Shown: positions 34,396 through 44,248 of the stretch, piece after piece
How positions within the stretch are numbered: the first letter of the stretch is position 1
Layout of the letters: every line of letters starts with the position of its first letter
Assembly (NCBI GenBank): GCA_016199085.1
Contig: JACQHJ010000004.1
Span: 16,926 to 80,925 of the forward strand
Direction: 5' to 3'
DNA from: Candidatus Levyibacteriota bacterium
GTDB taxonomy: Bacteria; Patescibacteriota; Microgenomatia; Levybacterales; UBA12049
DNA length: 64,000 bases
Program-made: the position numbers and the translations under genes
The notes under the pieces: model-generated
Told to the model about the DNA's origin: nothing
The model's database searches: none
The model's input: only the letters and a program-made list of their open reading frames with translations

Positions 34396-35708
34396 TGAAT
34401 GACTTTAAGAATAAAAAGGTTGCGGTAATAGGCGGTGGAGTAGAGGGTGTTTCAAGCGGTGAATACCTAAGTAATAAAGGCGCAAGGGTCACTATCTTAG
34501 ACAAAGTTCAAGGAGAAAACTATTTAAAGGAACTAAAAGACTTTGATTTAATTGTCAGAAGCCCCGGCACAAAGTTGGAAGACTTAGAAAAACATATTGC
34601 TAAAGACAAAATTACATCCCAGACAAAGCTTTTCATGGAGCTTTGCCCATGTAAAATAATCGGTGTAACCGGAACAAAAGGAAAGGGAACAACCTCCTCC
34701 TTAATTTATGAAATGCTCAAAAAACAGGGTTTTGATGCATATCTAGGTGGTAATATTGGGAGGCCTCCTTTTGATTTTTTGGACAATTTAAATACTCACT
34801 CAATAGTTGTTCTTGAAATGTCCAGTTTTCAGTTAATTGACATAACAAAGAGTCCAAATATATCTGTCATGTTAATGATGACAAGTGAGCACTTAGACTG
34901 GCACAAAGACACAGAGGATTACATAAATGCAAAAAGAAATATCTTAAGATTTCAAACCGGGGAAGATTTTGCTGTAATAAACAAAGACTATCTGCCAAGC
35001 AGGGAATCTGATATTGAGACTCAGGGACAAGTGTACTTTGTAAGTAGGGTTGAAGAATGTGAAAGAGGCTGCTTTGTAAAAGAAAACGCTCTCTTTATAA
35101 GAGATAAAGGTGTAGAAGAAAAAGTAATCAATACAAAAGACATTCTAATTCCCGGAGAACATAACTGGGAAAATGCCTGCTCAGCCTCAATGGCAGCATA
35201 TTTGGCAGGTGTTTCATCTCAAAATATAGCAAATGTCTTAAAAGTATTTAGGGGTTTGGAGCATAGGCTTGAGTTAACGGCAACTATAAATGGAGTTAGA
35301 TATTATGATGATTCTTTTGCATCAACTCCTGAATCAACAATTGCGGCAGTTAAAGCATTTAGTGAGCCTGAGATTTTAATTTTAGGCGGTTCTACAAAAC
35401 ACGCTGACTTTACAGAACTTGGTAAAACAATTTTACATTCAAAAAACATTAAGGCAATAATTGGCATTGGAGTAGAGTGGGAAAGAATAAAAGAAAAGCT
35501 GGTTGGTTTAAGTCCAGACGTTCTAGTCCTAGAAGGAGCAGCGAGTATGAAGGCTATTGTTAACGGTGCAGCAAAACTTGCAGTAGATGGAGATGTTGTT
35601 TTACTAACTCCGGCTTGCGCCTCATTTGATATGTTTAAAAACTATAAAGATAGGGGGGATCAGTTTAAAAAAGAAGTTGCTGCCTTACAACAAAATGACT
35701 CAAATTAG
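34395..35708 (+). CDS. murD: UDP-N-acetylmuramoyl-L-alanine--D-glutamate ligase
   Basis: RSPG, GVTGTKGKGTT, GGNIG, LEMSSFQL, EHLDWH, HRLE and PACASFDMF motifs. Confidence 0.96.
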   Translation: MNDFKNKKVAVIGGGVEGVSSGEYLSNKGARVTILDKVQGENYLKELKDFDLIVRSPGTKLEDLEKHIAKDKITSQTKLFMELCPCKIIGVTGTKGKGTTSSLIYEMLKKQGFDAYLGGNIGRPPFDFLDNLNTHSIVVLEMSSFQLIDITKSPNISVMLMMTSEHLDWHKDTEDYINAKRNILRFQTGEDFAVINKDYLPSRESDIETQGQVYFVSRVEECERGCFVKENALFIRDKGVEEKVINTKDILIPGEHNWENACSASMAAYLAGVSSQNIANVLKVFRGLEHRLELTATINGVRYYDDSFASTPESTIAAVKAFSEPEILILGGSTKHADFTELGKTILHSKNIKAIIGIGVEWERIKEKLVGLSPDVLVLEGAASMKAIVNGAAKLAVDGDVVLLTPACASFDMFKNYKDRGDQFKKEVAALQQNDSN

Positions 35709-36870
35709 CTTCAAAATTACCTCAAAAGATAAAAAACTAAAGGCAAGAGCGGGGATAATAAAAACACCTCATGGAGATATCGAAACGCCTTCGTTTGTTC
35801 CCGTTGGAACCCAGGCTACAGTAAAGGCAGTATCTCCCCGTGATTTAAAAGAAATGGGAGCCCAAATTGTTTTGGCAAACACTTATCATTTACATTTAAG
35901 ACCCGGGGAAAAATTAATCAAAAAGCTTGGAGGACTTTCTAAGTTTATGTCTTGGAACGGTCCGACAATGACAGATAGCGGAGGATTCCAGGTATTTTCT
36001 TTAGGAATTGGTCTTGAACACGGAGTCGGAAAACTTCTTAGGGAAGAAGAGGGGGAGGCAAGGCCAAGACTTAATAAGATAACAGAAGAGGGTGTTACTT
36101 TCCAGTCCCATATAGACGGTTCAAAACAGTTTTTGTCTCCCGAAATTTCAATACAGATTCAAGAAGATCTGGGAGCAGATTTAATAATTGCCTTTGACGA
36201 TTTAGAGTCTCCAAAGTATAACCACGAAGAAACAGAAAAGTCGCTTCTATTAACAGAAAACTGGTTAGTTAGAAGTATTAAAGCACATAGAAGAAAAAAC
36301 CAATTACTTTATGGGGTAACTCACGGAGGAGAGTTTAAAGATTTAAGGATAAAAAGCGCAAAATTTAACGATAAATATTTTGACGCAATTGCATTGGGTG
36401 GAGCACATAAAACAAAGACGAGTATGTATAAAATCATTGACTGGATAACTGACAATATAGATCCCCAAAAAACTACCCACATGCTTGGAATTGGTGAAGT
36501 TGATGATATCTTTGAGATTATAGAAAGAGGAATTGATACTTTTGATTGCGTAATTCCAACCAGAATTGGAAGAACCGGCTTTTTCTTTATTTCACCATCC
36601 TTTGGAAACACAAAAAACAGATTTAGAACCGATATTGACAAACCCCAGTTTGAAGGTGACCCAAAACCACTTGATCAAAACTGTACCTGCACTACTTGCC
36701 AAAATTTCTCAAGAGCCTATATTCACCATTTATTTAGGAGTAGGGAGTTATTATCATATAGCCTCTTAAGTACGCATAATGTCCATTTTCTTGTTAACCT
36801 TACAAGACAAATTAGGGAAGCAATATTGGATGACAGATTTCTAAGCTTCAAAAGCAAGTGGATTAGATAA
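35695..36870 (+). CDS. tgt: tRNA-guanine transglycosylase
   Basis: PVGTQATVK, NTYHL, TDSGGFQVFSL, GIDTFDCV and Zn site CTCTTC...HN. Confidence 0.95.
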   Translation: MTQISFKITSKDKKLKARAGIIKTPHGDIETPSFVPVGTQATVKAVSPRDLKEMGAQIVLANTYHLHLRPGEKLIKKLGGLSKFMSWNGPTMTDSGGFQVFSLGIGLEHGVGKLLREEEGEARPRLNKITEEGVTFQSHIDGSKQFLSPEISIQIQEDLGADLIIAFDDLESPKYNHEETEKSLLLTENWLVRSIKAHRRKNQLLYGVTHGGEFKDLRIKSAKFNDKYFDAIALGGAHKTKTSMYKIIDWITDNIDPQKTTHMLGIGEVDDIFEIIERGIDTFDCVIPTRIGRTGFFFISPSFGNTKNRFRTDIDKPQFEGDPKPLDQNCTCTTCQNFSRAYIHHLFRSRELLSYSLLSTHNVHFLVNLTRQIREAILDDRFLSFKSKWIR

Positions 36871-36879
36871 GCCCCATAC

Positions 36880-36914
36880 TTGACAAAAACACAAGATATC
36901 AGTATACTAGTACA
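36880..36914 (+). promoter_or_regulatory. Leaderless-type promoter overlapped by a TrpR-like operator
   Basis: TTGACA (36880) -17 nt- TATACT (36903), 6 nt before the ATG. ATATCAGTATACTAGTAC (36896-36913) matches 13/18 of the E. coli operator consensus GTACTAGTTAACTAGTAC. Confidence 0.7.
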
Positions 36915-37181
36915 ATGATATTTGGTAGAGATACAAATAAAGAATTAAGTCAACTGTTGGAAACTCTTTTGAAAATTAATTCTAAAGAGGAAATGCAGGA
37001 TTTTTTGGAAGGCATACTAACCCCAAAAGAGTTATTAGAAATCCCAAATAGACTGCAAATAATAAAAATGCTTAAAAGCGGTGTATCTCAACATGAAGTT
37101 GCAGGAAAACTAAAAGTTGGCATTGCAACCGTAACGAGAGGATCGAAAGAATTGCAAAAAGGGAGATTTAAAAATGTATAA
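36915..37181 (+). CDS. Trp repressor family (TrpR/YerC-YecD) regulator
   Basis: LTPKEL...RLQIIKML...SQHEVAGKLKVGIATVTRGSKEL, matching the TrpR HTH (GIATITRGS). Confidence 0.9.
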   Translation: MIFGRDTNKELSQLLETLLKINSKEEMQDFLEGILTPKELLEIPNRLQIIKMLKSGVSQHEVAGKLKVGIATVTRGSKELQKGRFKNV

Positions 37182-37251
37182 AAAATATTTTACTGAAAAC
37201 TGTATTTGGCAGGCCTCTTTTGGAGGCTTGTCTTCATATGGAATAAGATAA
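37174..37251 (+). CDS. Putative Trp attenuator leader peptide (25 aa, one Trp)
   Basis: MYKKYFTENCIWQASFGGLSSYGIR*. The ATG overlaps the trpR 3' end, and the TGG at 37207 lies at the base of hairpin 1:2. Confidence 0.7.
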   Translation: MYKKYFTENCIWQASFGGLSSYGIR

Positions 37252-37301
37252 ATTAAACTGTTTTCCATCGGAATACAAACCTCCAATAATGGAGGTTTTT
37301 T
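37207..37301 (+). promoter_or_regulatory. Ribosome-mediated transcription attenuator (1:2, 2:3, 3:4 hairpins)
   Basis: 1:2 is GGCAGGCCTC/GAGGCTTGTC (37208-37232). 2:3 is TTGGAGGCTTGT (37220-37231) with ACAAACCTCCAA (37275-37286), 11/12 pairs. 3:4 terminator is AAACCTCCA-ataa-TGGAGGTTTTTT (37277-37301). Confidence 0.8.
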
Positions 37302-37320
37302 AGTGGAAAGGAGGTGAAAT

Positions 37321-38268
37321 ATGTTAGAAACAATCACAAGATCAAACGCAGAAATAGCAAGACACGTGGAAGTTCCAAGTTCTTGTCCTTTTGTTATTGT
37401 TGCAGTAGCTCCCTGTAGAAGCGGTACGACAGCACAGTTAAGAGTGTTTGCCGAGGCGGGAGCACAGGCTCATTACCAGCCTTTTAAAGCAATTCTTAGA
37501 GAAATGGAACAAGGAAGAGACTTGGACTTTAGAATCCCGGAAGGAGATGATCAAACGATTTTTATTAAAGAAACAGTCGGGCCTTATAATAAGCCTCAAT
37601 CGACACTTGATCCAATTGCTATTTTACTTGAAGCAGGATTTCCGATTGAAAAAGTCAGATTAATTCCGATGCTTCGTCAACCCTTGGCAACTTTTTCGTC
37701 ATGGATTAAAGTCAATGATGCAGTCAGGAAATACTTTAATGGCGCAATCCCCGTTGAAGATTTATTAGAAAATCTAATAACCTCATATAAAACAGTGGAT
37801 GAGATTAGGCAAAGGGCAATTAATGCCGGTATTCCTACGACTACATTCGTTCAGGAGGCTTTAAGGGATAATAGCCCAAGACAGGTGGTTCAATCACTGC
37901 TTACTGCCTCTGGCCTAAGATTTAGTCCCACATCCGTAAAAGGCTGGAGAAATCTTGTTCCGATGGGAGAGCCGGGGTCAAATATAGTATTTCATCCAAT
38001 AGGCACTGAGCCAAAAAAAGATGAGGGATCTCAGGTTATTCATCAGATACTTTTGCATAGCGATGGTTTGCAATATATATCAAAAGAAGATAGGGAGATT
38101 GATGTCTTAACCGCCGAGCAGGCAGGACAATTGGCCAATGCAGGTTTATATGAGCATTATGAGAAGTTTAGGAAAGCAGCTCAGGCAGACTTGGGTGTTG
38201 GTATTTGCCAATCAACGGAATATCAAGGATTTATGAGACGAAAATCCCAAGCGTTAAAGGGAGGATAA
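37321..38268 (+). CDS. Sulfotransferase-fold P-loop protein
   Basis: 5'-PSB-like APCRSGTT and 3'-PB-like LRQPLATFSSW motifs. Strong SD AGGAGGTG upstream. Confidence 0.65.
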   Translation: MLETITRSNAEIARHVEVPSSCPFVIVAVAPCRSGTTAQLRVFAEAGAQAHYQPFKAILREMEQGRDLDFRIPEGDDQTIFIKETVGPYNKPQSTLDPIAILLEAGFPIEKVRLIPMLRQPLATFSSWIKVNDAVRKYFNGAIPVEDLLENLITSYKTVDEIRQRAINAGIPTTTFVQEALRDNSPRQVVQSLLTASGLRFSPTSVKGWRNLVPMGEPGSNIVFHPIGTEPKKDEGSQVIHQILLHSDGLQYISKEDREIDVLTAEQAGQLANAGLYEHYEKFRKAAQADLGVGICQSTEYQGFMRRKSQALKGG

Positions 38269-38281
38269 GCCTCCCTTTAAC
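38253..38281. terminator. Perfect 12-bp stem-loop at the end of the sulfotransferase-like gene
   Basis: GTTAAAGGGAGG-ataag-CCTCCCTTTAAC, with only a weak U tract. Confidence 0.55.
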
Positions 38282-38325
38282 TGCCTCTGTTTGACAATTA
38301 AATGGTTGTGTATAATAAAAGCATT

Positions 38326-39300
38326 ATGAAAACAGTTTTATCCGGTATTCAGCCTTCGGGCAATTTCCATATAGGAAATCTCTACGGGGCAATTAATCAG
38401 TGGGTACGTATGCAAAATGAATACGATATCATTGCTATGGTTGCGGACTTACATGCAATTACAATACCGCAGGATCCAAAAAAATTACAGGAAAAAATAA
38501 AAGAGGTAGTAGCTTTAAATCTGGCTGCGGGAATTGACCCTAACAAGTCTCATATTTTTATACAAAGTGAAAATCCTGATCATACATATCTTGCGTGGAT
38601 TCTAAATACCATTACATCTTTTGGGCAGCTTGAAAGAATGACTCAGTTTAAAGAAAAAAGCCAAAAGCATGAGGAAAACGTAGGCCTTTTTGATTATCCA
38701 GTTCTTATGGCTGCCGACATTTTGCTTTACCAAACAGACGAAGTACCTGTTGGAGAAGACCAAAAACAACATTTAGAGCTAGCAAGAGACCTTGCGGAAA
38801 AATTTAACTCACGTTTTGGAGAAGTTTTCAAAATCCCTGCTGCTTACATAGTTAACGAAACTGCAAGGATAATGAGTCTACAAAACCCAGAAATGAAAAT
38901 GAGTAAATCAGATAGTAATCCACTTGGTGCAATCAATTTGTTAGACAGCGAAGAAGAAATCAGGGGAAAAATTAAAAAAGCGGTAACAGATTCCAGCTCA
39001 AGTATTTCAAGGAATGCTGGTTCTGCAGCAATCTCAAACTTACTTACAATATACGCTTCATTTAATAATCAAACCTTAGACCAAGTTTATTCAGAGCTAG
39101 AAGGGAAATCATACGGTGAGTTTAAGAATCTTTTAGCAGACGTTGTTGTCAAAAAACTTTTGGAGATACAAAAAAGATATCAAGAGATAAGAGAGGATGA
39201 ACAAGCTTTGCGAAAAATTCTAGATCAAGGAAGAGATTACGCAATCTCCAAATCTTCTCAAACACTTTTAGAGGTAAAAGAAAAAGTCGGACTAGTCTAA
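38326..39300 (+). CDS. trpS: Tryptophan--tRNA ligase
   Basis: SGIQPSG, HIGN, YPVLMAADIL, VPVGEDQ and KMSKS motifs. Confidence 0.97.
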   Translation: MKTVLSGIQPSGNFHIGNLYGAINQWVRMQNEYDIIAMVADLHAITIPQDPKKLQEKIKEVVALNLAAGIDPNKSHIFIQSENPDHTYLAWILNTITSFGQLERMTQFKEKSQKHEENVGLFDYPVLMAADILLYQTDEVPVGEDQKQHLELARDLAEKFNSRFGEVFKIPAAYIVNETARIMSLQNPEMKMSKSDSNPLGAINLLDSEEEIRGKIKKAVTDSSSSISRNAGSAAISNLLTIYASFNNQTLDQVYSELEGKSYGEFKNLLADVVVKKLLEIQKRYQEIREDEQALRKILDQGRDYAISKSSQTLLEVKEKVGLV

Positions 39301-39357
39301 ATTTGCCGCCGTTACATATAGAAATATAGCTTCGATTGTGTTATAATTTTCAAACTT

Positions 39358-42300
39358 ATGGCAGGTATTAAAAGACCCAAAAAATTAAGACAGGTGAAGC
39401 TAAAAATGAAACTTTCGTGGAAAAACGTAATTATCTATGTTTTTCTGATTCTTTTTACGGCTTTTTTGTTTTTCGGCGTAAGTTCTCCAAACAGTAATAA
39501 TTCGCTTTCCGGAGAAACAGTTAAAACAGTTCCTCTCTCTCAACTTATCTCAGACGTTAAAGCAAACAAAGTATCGTCTCTTGATGTTTACCCAAATAAG
39601 ATTGTAGCAACGACAAAGAGCGGAAAACTTGAAAGCTTTAAAGAAACTGATGCAAGCGTTTACCAATTATTCAGTGACGCCAAAGTTGATATAGGAAAAA
39701 CAAAGGTTGTAATAAAAGACGATACGGCATTAAACAACTGGGTTGGAATCTTAACAGGAGTTTTGCCAATTGTCTTAATGGTTGCATTTTTCTGGTTTAT
39801 ATTTAGGCAAGCAAGGGGAGCGCAGGAAAATATCTTTTCTTTTGGAAAATCTGGCGCAAAACTATTTTCAAAAGACACCCCGAAAACCACTTTTGCAGAC
39901 GTAGCAGGAGTTGACGAAGCAAAACAGGAATTAACTGAAATAGTAGATTTTCTCAAAAATCCGGGCAAATACAAGGCAATGGGAGCAAGAACTCCAAAAG
40001 GAGTTTTAATGATTGGCCCAAGCGGAACAGGAAAAACACTTTTGGCGAAGGCAATGGCCGGAGAAGCTGGAGTCGCCTTCTTTTCTATAGCAGGATCTGA
40101 GTTTATGGAAATGCTGGTGGGTGTTGGTGCTTCTGTAACGGGTGATACACCAATTCTTATAAAACAAAATGAGACAACAAAACTTTTGCCAATTGGTGAA
40201 TTTGTTGACAATTTCTATAAAACAGACAAAGAGGGAATTGTGTCGGTTGACGGCGTTTCTACCTTGGGTTTTGACTCAAACGAAGACAGGAAGACTTCTG
40301 GAAAAAGTTTTTATGGATACAAAAACGGAAAAATGCAAACAATTAGTGGTTCTTCTTTTAAGAAAGTTACATCTGTTTTTAGACATAAAGTTGACGAAAT
40401 ATACGAGATTTATTATTTAGGGGGAGTGATAAAAGCAACCGCAGATCACTCTGTTTTTATAAGAAGATACGGAAGAATAATGGCGATAGAAACAAAAGAC
40501 ATGAAAAAAGGAGATATACTGGTTGAACTTCCTCTTAATATTCGTCTTCCATATCTAAAAGGTACAAAACAAAGACACAAAATTATTGCTCATAGTTTTC
40601 CAAAAGAACAATCAATAACTCTTGATGTCTGGAATGATGACGAAGGTTTAGTTGAAAAATATGCTTATGTAATGTCTCAAAAAGGACTTATGAATCAATA
40701 TGTCCTTGGTCAAGAAGTTGGCTTTTCCCAGGCAACTGTTGGCAATTGGCAAAATAATGTTCATATCCCAAGACTTTTAAGTAAAAAACGTGTAAAACTT
40801 AAACTTCCTGACAAAGTAACAGTGACACCAGAGCTTATGAAGCTTTTTGGATACTATACTGCAGAAGGAAGAGGAACAGGAAAGCTTGAATATGTATTCG
40901 GTATTCATGAGAAACTACTACACGAGGATGTTTTTGATTTAATGCAAAAAGTATTCGGAGTAAGTCCAGCTTTAGAGAAGACAATTGATAACGCTCTTAG
41001 GATAAAATATTACTCAGCACATTTAGGAAGATTTTTTGCAAGACATTGCGGAAACGGAAGTCATAATAAACACGTACCCGATTTTATCTGGGATTTGCCA
41101 AAGGAATATTTCCTTGCCTTTCTTGAAGGGTATTGGAGGGGGGATGGATATATCACAAAAGATAGAAAACTTTGTATTAGCTCTGTCTCCAAACAGTTAA
41201 TTTTAGAACTTTCATGGCTTTGCAGCATGCATGGAATGAAAGTGGGGATAAAACAAGATGAGTTGAGAAAAGGACGTGTTATTAAAAATAAAAATAAACC
41301 TCTTCCGGGCGGTTTATATTGGACTTTAATTATTGGAAAAACTACACACCCCATTACTGATTCAACTGTCCAAAGCCCATTCCAGTTTAAAAGAGCTATT
41401 GTTCAAAAAATTGTAAAAAGAAAATATGACGGATTTGTTTATGATCTTTGCGGAGTTGATAATGAAGCATTCTTTGGAGGAGAAAAACCGGTACTTCTGC
41501 ATAACTCAAGGGTAAGGGATTTATTTAACAACGCCAAAAAAGCCCAACCCGCAATTATTTTCATAGATGAAATTGACGCCATTGGAAGACAACGTGGAGC
41601 CGGATTTATGGGAGGACACGATGAAAGAGAACAGACGTTAAATCAGATTTTGGTTGAAATGGACGGTTTTACTCCTAATGAGCAACTGGTGGTAGCGGCG
41701 GCGACTAACAGGCCTGACGTTTTAGACCCTGCTCTTATCAGACCTGGAAGATTTGATAGAAGAGTAGCTTTGGAGCTTCCCGATGTCAAGGGAAGAGAGG
41801 CAATACTTAAAATACACGCAAGAGGAAAGCCTTTTGCAAAAGACGTAGCTTGGGAAAAAACCGCCAAAAGAACGGTAGGATTTAGCGGAGCCGATCTTGA
41901 AAACATGCTCAATGAAGCGGCAATTCTGGCTGCCCGTCTTGGTAAGAAAACAATTGATCCAGCCGACCTTGAAGAAGCAGCCACCAAAGTAAAATTGGGG
42001 CCTGAGAAAAAAAGACTTCAGTCGGAAATGGATAGGAAAATGACAGCCTATCACGAAGCAGGACACGCTCTTGTTTCTTGGTTTATGCCAAACATGGATC
42101 CAATTCATCGAATCTCAATAGTATCCCGTGGAATGAGCCTAGGTCACACAATGATGGAGCCAATAGACAGAGTTCATGAAACAAAGACTCATCTAATAGA
42201 GGAAATTGCGGTCATGCTTGGGGGAAGAGCGGCTGAAAGCCTTGTTTTTAATGAATTTACAACAGGCGCATCAGATGACATTGCCAAAGCAACGGAGGTT

Positions 42301-42603
42301 GCAAGAACAATGGTTGTGGAATACGGCATGAGTGAGCTGGGTCCTATAAATTTAAACGGTGAAGACAGAAGAATGCCTTATGAGACTCCAAATATTTCTC
42401 CGGATATGGCGGCAAAAATAGATGCTCAGGTTAAAAGGCTAACAGATGAAGGATATGCAGCAGCCTTGTCTGTTCTAAAAAAGCTTAGAAAAAAGCTCGA
42501 TGTACTTGCAAAGGAGCTTTTGAAAAAAGAAACCCTGGAATCTGAAGAATTTGAAAAACTGATAGGTACAAAAAAACCCGCTTTGGCCAAAGTTTTAGCC
42601 TAA
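39358..42603 (+). CDS. ftsH: ATP-dependent zinc metalloprotease FtsH containing an intein (623 aa after splicing)
   Basis: Two TM helices, Walker A GPSGTGKT, Walker [31 protein letters not shown], and HEAGH. Confidence 0.97.
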   Translation: MAGIKRPKKLRQVKLKMKLSWKNVIIYVFLILFTAFLFFGVSSPNSNNSLSGETVKTVPLSQLISDVKANKVSSLDVYPNKIVATTKSGKLESFKETDASVYQLFSDAKVDIGKTKVVIKDDTALNNWVGILTGVLPIVLMVAFFWFIFRQARGAQENIFSFGKSGAKLFSKDTPKTTFADVAGVDEAKQELTEIVDFLKNPGKYKAMGARTPKGVLMIGPSGTGKTLLAKAMAGEAGVAFFSIAGSEFMEMLVGVGASVTGDTPILIKQNETTKLLPIGEFVDNFYKTDKEGIVSVDGVSTLGFDSNEDRKTSGKSFYGYKNGKMQTISGSSFKKVTSVFRHKVDEIYEIYYLGGVIKATADHSVFIRRYGRIMAIETKDMKKGDILVELPLNIRLPYLKGTKQRHKIIAHSFPKEQSITLDVWNDDEGLVEKYAYVMSQKGLMNQYVLGQEVGFSQATVGNWQNNVHIPRLLSKKRVKLKLPDKVTVTPELMKLFGYYTAEGRGTGKLEYVFGIHEKLLHEDVFDLMQKVFGVSPALEKTIDNALRIKYYSAHLGRFFARHCGNGSHNKHVPDFIWDLPKEYFLAFLEGYWRGDGYITKDRKLCISSVSKQLILELSWLCSMHGMKVGIKQDELRKGRVIKNKNKPLPGGLYWTLIIGKTTHPITDSTVQSPFQFKRAIVQKIVKRKYDGFVYDLCGVDNEAFFGGEKPVLLHNSRVRDLFNNAKKAQPAIIFIDEIDAIGRQRGAGFMGGHDEREQTLNQILVEMDGFTPNEQLVVAAATNRPDVLDPALIRPGRFDRRVALELPDVKGREAILKIHARGKPFAKDVAWEKTAKRTVGFSGADLENMLNEAAILAARLGKKTIDPADLEEAATKVKLGPEKKRLQSEMDRKMTAYHEAGHALVSWFMPNMDPIHRISIVSRGMSLGHTMMEPIDRVHETKTHLIEEIAVMLGGRAAESLVFNEFTTGASDDIAKATEVARTMVVEYGMSELGPINLNGEDRRMPYETPNISPDMAAKIDAQVKRLTDEGYAAALSVLKKLRKKLDVLAKELLKKETLESEEFEKLIGTKKPALAKVLA
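40132..41505 (+). mobile_element. Intein in FtsH (458 aa) with HTH and LAGLIDADG-type endonuclease
   Basis: Junctions [12 protein letters not shown]...TADHS...FVYDL...[12 protein letters not shown], and endonuclease blocks FGYYTAEG and LEGYWRGDG. Confidence 0.93.
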
Positions 42604-42646
42604 GTACTTATTGACAAAATAAGCCTAAAAGGTAAATAATCAGATT

Positions 42647-43279
42647 ATGGCCGAGGAAAAGAAAACTCATAAACATTTTTCAAAGGGCGAAGCAATAAGC
42701 TTTGGATTTGAAAAAGCAAAACAACACCTCTTTTTCTTTATAGTTTTATTCCTTATCTGGATAGTTGTAAGCGCTTTATATGGAGGACTAAACGTTCTTT
42801 TCCTTACTCAAGTAGGATCGGAAGGATCTTTTTTAACAAGTCTTATTAACTGGATTTTCTCTTCAATTCTTACCCTTGGTATGATTAGTATTGCCTTAAA
42901 GATAGTAGAAAACAAAAAACCGGAGTATAAAGACCTTTTCTTTCTAGACTGGAAGCTTTTGTTTGTCTATATAATTTCAAACTTGGCAAGAGGCCTGGCG
43001 ATAGTCATTGGTCTTATTCTTTTTATTATCCCAGGCATTATTATTGCGATAAAGCTTCAGTTTCTTGAATACTTAATAGTTGATAAAAAGATGGGATTTG
43101 AAGCTTTTAATAAGTCATGGGAGATGACAAAGGGGGTTAAATGGAATCTGTTTGTCTTTGGAATATTACTTGTGCTTATTAATCTTCTTGGAATATTAGC
43201 CTTATTTGTAGGTCTTTTTGTCACCCTTCCGCTTTCCTTGATAGCCACAGCCTACGTTTATAGAAAACTCGTTGCCTAA
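42647..43279 (+). CDS. Integral membrane protein (DUF975-like)
   Basis: Multiple TM helices and LFIIPGII...AFNKSWEMTKG. Confidence 0.75.
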   Translation: MAEEKKTHKHFSKGEAISFGFEKAKQHLFFFIVLFLIWIVVSALYGGLNVLFLTQVGSEGSFLTSLINWIFSSILTLGMISIALKIVENKKPEYKDLFFLDWKLLFVYIISNLARGLAIVIGLILFIIPGIIIAIKLQFLEYLIVDKKMGFEAFNKSWEMTKGVKWNLFVFGILLVLINLLGILALFVGLFVTLPLSLIATAYVYRKLVA

Positions 43280-43312
43280 GTTTAAACCTCAATCTTTTGA
43301 TATAATCTTTAC

Positions 43313-44248
43313 ATGCAAAAACTCGTTGTTATTGACGGAAACGCTATTCTTCACAGAGCCTATCATGCATTGCCTTTTTTAAATACCAAAGACGGAAATC
43401 CAACTAACGCTGTCTATGGGTTTTTCACCATGCTTTTAAAAGTCATGGTAGATCTAAAGCCAGAATATTTGATCGTCTGTTTTGATAGAAAAGCACCTAC
43501 TTTTAGAAAGCAAATGTATGTTGGATATCAAGCCAAAAGGCCATCCATTTCTGATGACTTTGTTCCTCAAATAGATAGAGTTCATAAAGCCTTGGATAGC
43601 GCAAAAATAAAGCATTTCGGAATAGACGGCTATGAGGCAGATGATCTTATAGGAACCATTTCAAAGCAAGCAGTAAAACAAAACTTGGAAGTAATAATTT
43701 TGTCAGGAGATAGAGATTTATTACAGCTTGTAAATTCCCATGTACTTATGCTTTCGCCAATTGTCGGTATTTCCAATATGGCTTTGTTTGACGAAAATAA
43801 AGTAAAGGAAAAATACGGACTTACTCCTGATCAAATAATTGATTACAAAGCATTGGTAGGGGATAATTCTGATAACTATCCTGGAGTTGGCGGAATCGGT
43901 TCAAAGACTGCTTCAGACCTGCTTAAAAAATATGAAACACTGGAAAATCTTTATACTCACCTTGGCGAACTTACTCCTCAATTACAGGAGAAATTGGCGC
44001 AAGACGCAGAGCAGGCAGCTATGGCTAAAAAGCTGGCTACGATCATTACAGACGCTCCATTGCAGTTTGATAAAGACGAAGCGCTATTGTCTAAAATGAA
44101 TATAGAAGGACTTAGAGAAGAGTTTAAAAAGCTTGGTTTTAATAGTATCCAAAAAAGGCTAGATCTGTTAACCCCAAAACCTTTAAAAAAAGAAAAAACC
44201 GAATCTAAAAAGGACAAAAAAGATGATTCTCAAATGAGCTTATTATGA
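43313..44248 (+). CDS. Stand-alone 5'-3' exonuclease/flap endonuclease (Pol I N-terminal domain)
   Basis: IDGNAILHRAYHA, YEADDLIGT, SGDRD and GDNSDNYPGVGGIG motifs. No polymerase domain. Confidence 0.93.
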   Translation: MQKLVVIDGNAILHRAYHALPFLNTKDGNPTNAVYGFFTMLLKVMVDLKPEYLIVCFDRKAPTFRKQMYVGYQAKRPSISDDFVPQIDRVHKALDSAKIKHFGIDGYEADDLIGTISKQAVKQNLEVIILSGDRDLLQLVNSHVLMLSPIVGISNMALFDENKVKEKYGLTPDQIIDYKALVGDNSDNYPGVGGIGSKTASDLLKKYETLENLYTHLGELTPQLQEKLAQDAEQAAMAKKLATIITDAPLQFDKDEALLSKMNIEGLREEFKKLGFNSIQKRLDLLTPKPLKKEKTESKKDKKDDSQMSLL

